DNA of 61,591 nucleotides, filler included, from Choristocarpus tenellus KU-1152 (Eukaryota; Protista; Phaeophyceae), in NCBI GenBank assembly GCA_964200185.2. It is 9 parts of 9 records of this genome, joined end to end, with 100 filler letters (N's around TTAATTAATTAA, not from the genome) between each part and the next. Parts side by side here need not be neighbours in the genome. Positions count along the whole stretch, not along the records: positions 47,006 to 52,391 come from CAXNAD020010959.1; positions 52,492 to 55,311 come from CAXNAD020024476.1; positions 55,412 to 61,591 come from CAXNAD020008746.1; 6 more parts are not named here. The stretch is one strand, 5' to 3'. The translations under genes and the position numbers were made by a program. The notes beneath the pieces were generated by a model. That model ran no database searches. It was not told the DNA's origin and saw only the letters and a program-made list of their open reading frames with translations. This document shows positions 51,250 through 61,591 of this stretch, one piece after another (positions within the stretch are counted from its first letter, which is position 1; every line of letters starts with the position of its first letter).

Positions 51250-52180
51250 GACAGTCATAAAGAGAAACGTTCTGTTTCACAAAAATAAGAGCCAATGAAT
51301 CCTTCTAACCTTTGCAACCTTTCAGTAAGGTCCTCTTGGTTGGAGGACGGAGGATTCGCTGCAGATACCATGTGCGCTCCGTTCTTGTCCCTTCTTCTCG
51401 AAGGGCTTCTGGTCCTCTCCCTGGCTCATATAGTAAGGGGACATTCGTCAAATTCATGCCTCAACCCTGTACACCTTGTGCATCTTCCATGTTGGTCGTC
51501 ATATCCCCCAGCCTTGTAGAGGCACCAGCGTGCCGTCCTCTGTCTAGGTTGAGGCAGTCATTGCTTGTGTGGCCATCTTTGTGTGGCCATCTTTGCCACA
51601 CATAAAACATACTATGCGGCCCTTTCCTCGACCCTTTCTACCAGCAGCTTTACTGCTCGCCCTCCTACCTGTAGCAAAGGCGTGATCATTCGGTTATTGC
51701 CATCCACCTCCACGATTGGAGAGGTTAAGCGCTGATGCAGCTGCAACACCGTCTCCTTATGTTACCGTGGCTGCTGAAGCACTCAGGCACTATCTTTTGA
51801 ACTTGGGTGCAGTTGAACTTGTCGATTCAGGTGCCTACCTTGACTCCACGTCCAAATCGACCCTTCATAGACTATGTCAGGGTCAAGTAGCGCAAGGTCG
51901 CAGCTACGAACACTTCTGATGAGCTAAGAATGAAACGCAAAACCGAAACAATCCTCTCCCCACTTCCCAGCGAATGTGGGGAAGTTGGTGATCTTGGTGG
52001 GGTTGCTGGCAGATACATTTTACACAATTACTTGCTCACTACTAGCCTCGTCGATCAGCAGAACGTCCCAGGAACAATCGGTCCACTGCGTAGCGTGTTG
52101 AATATTCCACACTGGACATGCGGCTTTGGTGCTTAAGCGAAGGACGGTGAATAGCTTGGTGTAGATCTCCAATGTTAGCA
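51250..52180 (-). mobile_element. LTR-retrotransposon (Copia-like) gag remnant
   Basis: Minus-strand CTRCTGLRHEFDEC is a CX2CX4HX4C zinc knuckle at ~51445-51490; the frame is stop-ridden; 52100-52180 is duplicated at 50000-50090. Confidence 0.6.
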
Positions 52181-52183
52181 TTA

Positions 52184-52344
52184 GGCTCAAAGTATCTGAG
52201 GGGGTGACGGCGGTTGTCCATTTGGGGCCGATTTTTTCATGTCGCGACTTTTCGTGTGATTTGGTTGCATACGTCGGATGTATAATGTAAATGCACTTTT
52301 CCTGATTTTCCCCAAATGGACACCCTGGTGTAGACCCGCCCCCA
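52184..52344 (-). mobile_element. MITE family A, second TIR missing
   Basis: GGCTCAAAGTATCTGAG plus the conserved core. Confidence 0.8.
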
Positions 52345-54607
52345 CTGTTAAAGTATCCCCAAAATCATAAAAGAGGATAAAGGTGATAAACNNNNNNNNN
52401 NNNNNNNNNNNNNNNNNNNNNNNNNNNNNNNNNNNTTAATTAATTAANNNNNNNNNNNNNNNNNNNNNNNNNNNNNNNNNNNNNNNNNNNNCAGTCAATT
52501 TTGGGTCAAGCCCATCCTCAATGAAAAGCTCCATCCTCAATTTTTGAAATCGGCTGTTTATTGCATCCTTCGTAAATTCTCTTTCTTTTCTCCCCCTTAG
52601 GCTTTTTGGGGGATGGTGTTTTCTCCTTTGAGTTTGTTAAAACATACATATGCTACTCATTTGATTTGTCTTGATACGATACAGTATCGTCAGTTTATAC
52701 TGAATGTTGATGGTTACATCCATTTACTCCATTAGCTCAGTAGCTCATCATCACAACAGCATCAATTACCTTCGAACATCACAGTACATTGGAAGGATCA
52801 GAACCGTCGTTACTTATTATACATAGTCAATATATATCTCCCACACCCTCATATATTAATTCAACTTTGTCTTCTTTTTTCTTCTTTGTTTTTTCCTCTC
52901 TTCTTCTTCCTCAGAGAAGTCATTAGCTGTATATCATGTGTTTATTATTTTTCTTGGCTTGCATTCTCCACTCATAAGATAACATCACTCTGTACTAAGT
53001 GTACGTCATACGCACCTGAATACAATATACTCTACCCCTTAGTGAATGCTTTGTCCACCTGCAGGAAGTATGTTTAGAGTAGTGCTCGGTCCTTGATTAA
53101 GCACTTAGACCCCCTACTCCACATCCCCTCTTGGAGCAATGGACAGTTGAATTTAACGGTCGCATCTACTTGAGCCCGAACTCCACACGACCGTAGCAAT
53201 GTACAGGGAGAAGACTTGACGTTCTTCATGGACAAAGGTTTCGTAGAGGACAAAGTTGTTACGACACCATCCGATAATGACAAGATATAGCTGGCCATCT
53301 GCCAGTTCATAATCACGTAACATGCGGTCTCTGAAGAAGGTGCAGGGTTGCCTGTTCGGAGAGAGTGAGCGGGCATTGTACATGATACAGGAGCACACCA
53401 CAACTGCCAAGCCAATTGCTGAGCCAAGGACTCTGGAGTCAAACTTGGACAAAGACACAACAAAAATGCATGTACAGGGAGGAAGAAAACGTTAGTACCA
53501 CAGTCGCCATAGAAAAGAAGCTAGTCATTTGGACGAGGAGGGGTTGGGAAGGGTGGCTGCAAGGATGACTCTGATGTGAAAGATCTGCAAGGGGGTGAGG
53601 ATAAGGGGGAACGGGTGTGTTTGGATTAACACAGGGGAGAGCAGGTGGATGTAGGAGAGACGGCAGAGGAACTAATAACCGTAGGGGGGGGGGGGGGGGG
53701 AGCGCTCAGCCAAGACTTAAAAAAGGTCCCAAGTCTGTGNNNNNNNNNNGGGGGGGGAGGGGGAGGGGGTTAGCGAGGGGGAGAGGGGGGGGGGGGGGGG
53801 CGGGGGGCGGGGACGGACAAAGGGGGGGGGGGGGGGGGGGGTGAAGCACTCAGCCAAGACTTAAGAAAGGTCCCAAGTCTGTGAGCAAGTTCTCGTACAG
53901 GACACAAGGCAATGGGATGGGAAATAAGTCAAAATGTGACGAGAGGGAGGTGGCCTCCTGTCAAAATTTCCATCTTTTCTTAGTAAGTACTGTTTCTACT
54001 GTTATGACTACTATCACTACTATGTTTGATAATATTAATAGATTCATTTTTGTCATTCTCTTCTTTCATTTATATTATTATTATCATTGTTCTTCTTCCC
54101 ACATACTATTCAATATCACCCTGACAACTCTTTCTACCAAATATATTCCTTGGGCTAACCCTGCACCGATGATCGTCCATGGTACAGGTGGACCAAATAG
54201 TGATCGGGGCGATGAACAAGTGGAATAATCTTTGTCGCAACAGCAAAAAATTGTAGATATGATCAAAGTCTCTGTATGTCAACAACTTTCGTACGTGCTA
54301 TTACAGGAACAAGACTGAAATGTTTCGTGGAACTGTAGTGACGTAGCAGTTTAGATGAGGCCAATATTGAAGAGGTATTGGAACAGAAGATACATTGTTC
54401 TTCCACAAGTTGTTAATTATTATTATGTTATGGTAGTCTGTTGTAAGGCACACGCCTTGAATCTTCAACCTCACAATGAAGTACAAGTACATAATATTAT
54501 TTTGCCTTCTAACATTTTGTACATATGTGAGGGAAAAAGCAAAACCATTTTACTAGGACTACTGTAAATTACAGCAGATGTCGTTAATGCTAAGACACCT
54601 CTGCAGT

Positions 54608-55230
54608 GCACAAGGAAACCCCCCTGTCCTCAGAAACACCCACTGTCTTTGATGGAAGTGGGGGTACCTGAAGACAGGGGGGTTTGCCTGTGCTCTTTAC
54701 ATATATATGCGGGCATGTCGGGTGTCAAGATTGTATCTGTCTCCTGCAGTTGACAGGGGAACCCCTCTGTTTTCGGGAACCCCCACTTTCCTTTGGGAAC
54801 CTCCACTGAAATACATTTTCGCTTGTTTGGAAACATTTTTGAAAACCCAACTCTATGTCAAACCCTAACCCTAACCCCAACCCCATCTTGTGTCTAAAAA
54901 TATCCCTAACCCGCCAAGGAGACATTCTGGAACAAGCGATAGAGGTATATATTGTGTAGTGGGGAAACGCAACCTCTCAAGAATCCACCACTTTTCGCTT
55001 TTCATACTCTAACCCTAACCCTAACCCTAATCACTGTGTGTGAATAATGTGCAAAATAGGACAATAGTGAAGTGTACCTTATTTTGTGTATATGAGATTA
55101 TTGTGTTGAATTGAATCCACAAATAATAACCCTAAGCTTCGTTTGAAGAAGTGAAAAAGTATGATTATATGGGGGTTCCTCAAGGACAGTGCGTGCCCCA
55201 GAAGACAGGTGATTTCCCTGTGCACCCCAC
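54608..55230. mobile_element. Putative non-autonomous element with hairpins and (CCCTAA)n
   Basis: Inverted repeat GCACAAGGAAACCCCCCTGTCCTCAG / CTGAAGACAGGGGGGTTTGCCTGTGC, related arms at ~54755 and ~55200, and CCCTAA tracts at 54862 and 55011. Confidence 0.45.
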
Positions 55231-56681
55231 CATTATGCAGGTGTCTTGCTTTGATCGCGAATTCTGGAATACTATGAATTTTTTTTTTTTGTATTCCACC
55301 CATTCTACCCCNNNNNNNNNNNNNNNNNNNNNNNNNNNNNNNNNNNNNNNNNNNNTTAATTAATTAANNNNNNNNNNNNNNNNNNNNNNNNNNNNNNNNN
55401 NNNNNNNNNNNGGGAGACTGGCATGTGACGATGACATCATTATTTTTACTGTTGATCTATTGGCCTTGTGGTTGTTACGTCTGAGCAGGGGATTGGGGGT
55501 GCGGTGGGGGAGTGGTAATGAATCAAGTAGCAAGACAAGTGGCTGAACAAACCGAACCGCTGAGACAACAAGAGGTGGGCACAGGCCATCATTGCCGTTG
55601 TATGTTGAATGATGGAGCAAAACAAGAGGGCATCAACATGATCACAATTGATCATCATATCGTTTTCACCATGTTCCGGGTGTGTGTATGTTCATGTAGA
55701 CTGCACCATCCTGCCAACTAAGCTCCTTCGTTATCACTGTCATCACAATTCAAACAAACAAACAAACAAAAACAAATAAAAACATATAAAACAAACGAAA
55801 AAACTGTGGTCCTCACAACAACCAATGAAAGCAAAGAATGAGCAGCAAAGTTCAGATAGATGGACGACAGGGATCATGCTGTGTGACGCTTGAACCGTGT
55901 ACTGACTATGTTGTATATAATTCCTACACCGTAATAGAGGAGTGGTGTGTGTAATAGTGTTCCCTGGTGTGTACGTAGTGTGACGTGACCTGGGTTTCTT
56001 GGGCGATACTTTACGCTTCAAAGTAAATTACTACTACCAATAATACCATGTGCATATAAAAATAGTGTTTGAATATTGATTACCGCTACTGAATTTTAAT
56101 GCCCTTAGAGGTGATCTTAATCACTTATACACACACATATACATATTGTATGTTCCATTTGAATGCAAGCAAAATTCGATTCACGCACGCCACAGCTGTT
56201 TGCTGAGCCAGCACGCTCAGAATAGGACAATTCCGATGATAACTACCTCTCCGTGTACTACGTAGTATGATATCAGCACTCCTAATTTTATCCCACCAGA
56301 GGAGGTGCACTACTAGCAGCAGCAGGACAGTAGTAGTAGTGATCACACACAAGAAAACTGCAGGAACTATATTACCATTCATAGTACTGCTACTGCTACT
56401 AACATTACTACTACTACTAATACTACTACTACGATATATATGTACTATACGCAAGAATTACTATAGGAGGAGAAAGGGTACTATTGTTGTCATGAATATA
56501 GATAGTTGTCGCATACTTCGTACGAATAGTGTGTACCTTCGAACTCGGTAAAATAGAATGAGCACGCGACTCGTTTTGCTGGTTTGCAATGCAAGAGTAG
56601 ACTCACGAGAACAAGAAGACCTCAATCTAAAATAAGGGTACCTCTCAACCTACTATTTGCTTCTAATACTGATGCACTCAA

Positions 56682-56684
<3 letters not shown>

Positions 56685-56756
<72 letters not shown>
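56685..56756. repeat. (CA)n microsatellite
   Basis: Read directly from the sequence. Confidence 0.95.
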
Positions 56757-56759
<3 letters not shown>

Positions 56760-58989
56760 TGTCTGGGGTAGGAGAGTTGGTATGTATGTTAAATCACTGC
56801 CCAAGCAAGAAAGATGTCGCAAGCATGCGCCAAGTCATTCAACAGAGATTAGCTTGTCTTTTTCGATGCAGAGCACAATTTGGTGGGGTCAAACCTGCTT
56901 TCCACGGTGTTAGTAGCAATTGGTGATATCTTTTCTGCTTCTTGGTCTGTGCGATATCATGTTGCGAGATGACGACACACATCATCACAGGGGTTTTTTT
57001 CCCATCCTTTGTTGTGTGTGCCGCTTGCTCTGCTCAACCTGGAGAGTAGATTGCTGAGAGTCAAACCAATTGAGGGGTAGGCGGGTTTGGACCCTTACGC
57101 ACTCTGATCTGCCTTTCTTACCCTGTGCAATACACACCATTTCATTGCTTCATGTTCACAATAGTGTATGCATATTGATATCCCCCCTTTCCGCGCACAA
57201 GGTGATACCATGATCAAGCAAAGGTTCTTTCCACAATTGTAGAAAGTGGCGTATTTTTGCCCGTTCTCGGGATCCTTAGAATTCAACCTGCCTAGCAACC
57301 TCTCGGTTGGTTTGGCTCCGGCCCTTATGAGGTCGTGGCATGGACAATAATCTTGGCGCGCTTCAACATACCCGGCTTCTTTTATGCAATGCTTCTTTTG
57401 TGGCTGTCTTCTTGTTGACAACTTGTAGAATCTATTCGAGCCTGACTCACTGATTGCTGTACGGAGTCCGGGCTCATTATACACTCTTGAGTACAGTTGC
57501 TGTGAGCCAAACCAGTGGAGAGGTAGGCAGTTTTGGACCCTTTTGCACCCTTGGCCATCTTTCTTACCCTGTGCAGTATTCTCTATTTAACTGCTTTATG
57601 TGCGCAACAGCGTACGCTAGATTGATATTCCCACTTTCCGCGCACGCACAAAGTGACACCACAATTCAGCAAAGTATCTTTCTGCAATTTTACGAAAAAA
57701 TCGGGGTCCTTAAAATGTAACCCTGCCTACCAACCTCTCCGTTGGTTTGACTCTGTCCTTTTTGGCGCTTGTTGTTGAAGTATTTTAGCCTTCTTGTGAG
57801 GATTTCAAAGGTACCGTGGGGGTATTTGATGTGCCCCTTGGTACTACTATCCCCTCCACTCACCACACAGTGACAGTACGCATGGGTGCTCCACGATGAG
57901 GGGAGGGGAAGTGGTGATGTAATTTTTATGGAGTTGGCAGTTTACAACCAGATCACCTCCTCAACAAGAAGAGCAAACCCTCCCCTAGTGGCAGACTACA
58001 GTTGTCGACCTAGAAGGGGTTACTGTGTAGTATGGCCATCTCTGCAGGGACTCTAATAGTAGGCGGAGTGTATCCCAGTGTTCTTGCTGCTGGCGTAATG
58101 CAGGTGTCGACGTACCAAGGATCAATACCGACTGGAGAGCAAAATGCATGCATGTACGTCTTCTTTTTTTATCAAGGCAGTATCTAGAGGTTGACAAGTG
58201 CAGGATTAGTGTTGTCCTGCAGCAGTCTGCCTAGACCTACCCGTCTTGTTTAGTGAGAGTCGAATGGGAGCTTCTGACAATATCTTTCCTCCTTAGCCGT
58301 ACCCACCGACCTCTCTGAGGTTGCTGCAGAAGCAAGTACAAGTAGACTGTCTTCGGCATCCGTACCGCTCCCGCTCCCCCCCCAGGGCACAAAGAAACGG
58401 AGCACCAAGCACTGGCGAGCATTACTGGCGCCAGGATAACAACATGGAAGTTGCACTGTAAGCCATCCGCAGCAATCCTGCTCAAGGACTTGAACGCGTG
58501 CCTGATGCAGATAGCTTAATTATTACTTCAAAGTACTACTACTGGTGGTGTGTTTATTCTACCACTGGACTGGGTGCATCTGCAGGCATAGTTGCCGCAC
58601 CCGCGGTGCCGTTCTCCCACGTGCCCCGTATTGAGAGATGTGCTGTTGTTCCATGGTCTTCTTCTGGCGCTAAGGCCGTGGACTGGCCTAATATGTCGCA
58701 CTGAGCCAATAAGACGCATTTGGCTGACCTTCCAACATCCCTTATTGCCTCCTCAACGATTGGCATCAATCACCCTGCACTGCCACTATTTTGTGTGGTG
58801 TAGTGATCGTCTTGGACACGGTACGAAATGATCGTCTCCTCTTTGAGTTAGTTGTACGGTCGGTACTGTTGTTAATCGAGCGAGGGGTGTCAAATTCTTC
58901 TGTGTGTTCCAAGAGTGAAAGCATATTTTCTTGCAAATATATCTTTGGGAAAGGACCCCACCTACAAGCCTCGCTCTACCGACAAGCAT

Positions 58990-59205
58990 AAACGCTCGAG
59001 CTTGCGGAGGAGGTAGAAGCATTTAAACTCCCAAAGATCATGATGGCAACTTCGGTTGGTCAAATGTTTGGAATCAGTCACAGCTCCCTCTACAAGTTGA
59101 AGACGGGGGCAACAACCATCATGGAAAAAGAACAGATGCTAAAGCCTGACGCCACGTCTACGATGGTCGCAATACATACTGGGGTGCCTCAACTTGTGGA
59201 TTAAA
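58990..59205 (+). mobile_element. pogo/Tigger-like transposase N-terminal HTH (CENP-B/psq) remnant
   Basis: TLELAEEVEAFK..VGQMFGISHSSLYKLK..GVPQLVD matches the psq-type HTH pattern. Confidence 0.55.
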
Positions 59206-59779
59206 ATTCTGAAAACAGGTTGGTTGTGATCGTGATTGTATTGTTCTTACGCAATATACTCTGATGATGAGGATCATGATTTAATTTTTTGAAATTTTCC
59301 TCTCATCTCTGTCATGCTTTTATGTCTCTACCGTGTACTGTAGTATCACGGGTGGCCATCTTTTTCCATGGAGATAACGTCCCACAAAAGGTGTCCCTAT
59401 AGATTAATGAGCATCTCTCAAATGCTCTTGACGCTCTGCAACTCAAACACGGCGGAAAGTCGTATCAGACTTCCATCAACTCTGCAAGAGCGTGGGATCA
59501 GTGTGAATGACAATGATGAAGTGGCCAATGCGATTCTAGAGGACACGAAAGACCAACTGCTCGATAAATTCTTGCATCAGTCAGTCAATGAAAGCTAAGG
59601 TGATCAGGATGACGATGGTTTATGAGAGGGGGCAGCGCATCGGGGGCCGTGAGGAAAGGAGCAACCTCTTCAGTGTTCTCAAATTCTTCCACCACTGTAC
59701 TCTCAAGTAACTGACGAGTTTGCAAGATTAGAAACAACTGCTGAAAAGTGCTGCATGAACGATGTTTTCGTACTATCTC

Positions 59780-60110
59780 CGGAAAGCAAAGCTAGCTGGG
59801 CTTAATGCAATTGGCGCAAGGGCGATCAAACAAGCGGACATTCGAGTTTTTTTTGGCAGTTGATTTTTTTTTAGCGAATAAGTTGTTGTACTCAGTGCAT
59901 GCGATGGGAGGTGCATGGTGGTGCAGCTACATTTGATCCATGTTGGTGTTTTTGATATTGTACTGTATAATATCCTTGTAGAGTGCAATTAATTGAATAC
60001 GTAGGGCAGGGTATCATCAGAGGGAGATTGTCTTGGAACATTGATTTGATTTGAACTGCGAGTCGTCTGTCCAGCAATCCAATGACTTACGGATGCTTTT
60101 CTTGGGAAGG
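59780..60110 (-). mobile_element. pogo-like DDE_1 transposase remnant
   Basis: Broken frames give EKHP*VIG, LPSH and QLPKKT, corresponding to EK.PL.IG, DN..SH and LP.NTT. Confidence 0.45.
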
Positions 60111-61058
60111 TGTACTATACATGTGAGTGAATACATCGTAATGAGTATAATTTTACCCAAGTCACAGTACAGTATACATATGACACTGTCATACTGTGAA
60201 GGGGTTGTGTAGATGTGGTGCTTGCTGCATCACCACAGCTCCATCAAGATGGGTTCACCGAGGGCAATGTTCAATACATACATATGCACATGTAACTACT
60301 CTTGAACGCACATAAATACATGGGAAGCACATACAGCAAGGAAGGGCGTCGCTCTGCCGTCATTCGGGGATAAGTATGAAGTGCGTACGAGGGTGTTGCT
60401 GGATATAACGTATGTTTCTCTTATCACGATCCCTCGGTTTAAGAGAAACGAGATCTTAGATACAATAAGAGTATTGGGATATAAGAGAGGGTTTTTTCGC
60501 TTTTGTATTTTGTGGATGTATAGATGTATGTGATACAATATTCAATAAATGAAGGAGAGTGGTAAAAAATATAAAATAGGAGGTATCATCATTACAATAT
60601 CGACCTGAGTGTAAAAAGTATATTTCCTGACCGCTCAAACATAAAATGTTCTAAAAGTTCATGACCATCATTTACTTAACATGACCAGGACCACTGGTTG
60701 GCCATGTACAACCAAGTTCGAAAATGGGCTAGCCCATGGTCATCACTTAATCAACATGACTGGGTCACTACCCCCCATATATAACAAAATTCCAACATGA
60801 ACGAGTCGTTAGCTGTCGACGGTTTCAACGTGACTGGTCCACCTAGCAGTTTATGGTTATATGGCTGGCAGTGGATATGCTAATTGTGGATCTTTAAAAA
60901 GTGCGAATAAAATGTTGTTTCTTCCTAAACGCCTTCCAAACATGATAAGATCCCATATTTTATACATGACGTCACAACCCTAAATGGAACACCCATACCC
61001 TCCATCTAACGAAGAATACACCACTTTCACAAAGGCAAAATCGAACCTGGTCTGAAAC

Positions 61059-61591
61059 ATGGGTGTCACGATCGAGGTAACGAAGCCTGGCGATGGGAAG
61101 ACCTACCCAAAACATGGCGATCAGGTCACAATGGATTACACAGGGACTCTTACAAATGGAACGGTGAGAAGATCGACAACCCTAACGAAATTTTGGGGAG
61201 TTACTGCATTACATTCCCCAATCTTATTTCTTATGTCAGAGCGTATTGACCACAAACAGGTGTTCGACAGCTCAATTCGGAAGGGCCGGCGCTTCAACTG
61301 CAGGATTGGGGTAGGCCACGTAATCAAGGTGAGGCATGGTTTCTCGGTGATGATCGCGTCGATACGTGTCGTTTATGCCTCATAGTCTCAGCGGAGAACG
61401 AGAAAACAATACCATGACCTTCCCTGCACAATCTTAGCAGTGGGAGGATATCATTGCCTGCATGTTTTTCATATCAATAGAACCAGCAATATAAGACTAC
61501 ATGTCCTTTCGGCATCAGATCATTTTGCCAATGTTCAAATTTTTCATTACCCCCCCACTCTTGGATATTCCTCAGGGATGGGATGAGGGAG
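61059..61591 (+). CDS. FKBP12-type peptidyl-prolyl cis-trans isomerase, 5' part; exons 61059-61163, 61260-61328, 61576->61591
   Basis: Spliced protein [63 protein letters not shown]; GT-AG introns in phase 0. Confidence 0.95.

Noticed and set aside
53060-53600. Possible hAT transposase C-terminal remnant
   Set aside because: Only vague motif resemblance (GESER..), with stops in the plus-strand frames; not supportable.
53680-53885. 39-bp direct repeat with G-runs
   Set aside because: It flanks a 10-N gap amid noisy poly-G; likely a scaffolding overlap or sequencing error.
55500-55720. piggyBac-like fragment (KRWAQAII)
   Set aside because: A single short motif with no supporting DDD core or TTAA/TIR.
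1-61591. Endogenous giant-virus genes, rRNA/tRNA, prokaryotic operons
   Set aside because: No recognisable hallmark motifs; the gene structures are spliceosomal.

Overview
Eukaryotic, intron-rich, repeat-rich DNA. It is not one locus: nine contigs are joined by 100-nt N44-TTAATTAATTAA-N44 linkers (9963, 18272, 24532, 36280, 43430, 46906, 52392, 55312), so adjacency across linkers carries no information. Short exons, GT-AG introns with (TTAGGG)n tracts and the TE complement suggest a stramenopile, perhaps a brown-algal lineage (inference). Host genes I can support: a 7-exon partial AGC/GRK-like kinase (minus, 10574-16714) with DMG in place of DFG and a 59-aa activation segment; the 5' part of an FKBP12-type PPIase (61059-end); a ~6-TM first exon resembling cyclase/sensor N-termini (23642); and three partial genes of unknown function. 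Most of the rest is TE-derived: three MITE families sharing a GAGTCAAAGTA-like terminus (Sola-like), solo LTRs with 4-bp TSDs, and CRE/RLE LINE, RTE LINE, Copia, Gypsy, Tc1/IS630 and pogo remnants. The most novel-looking signal is a protein family I cannot name, present as three divergent, decayed copies on three different contigs (26960-28762, 47990-49247, 5170-5548), probably carried by an uncharacterised mobile element. No CRISPR, rRNA or tRNA was recognised. All alignments were done by eye.
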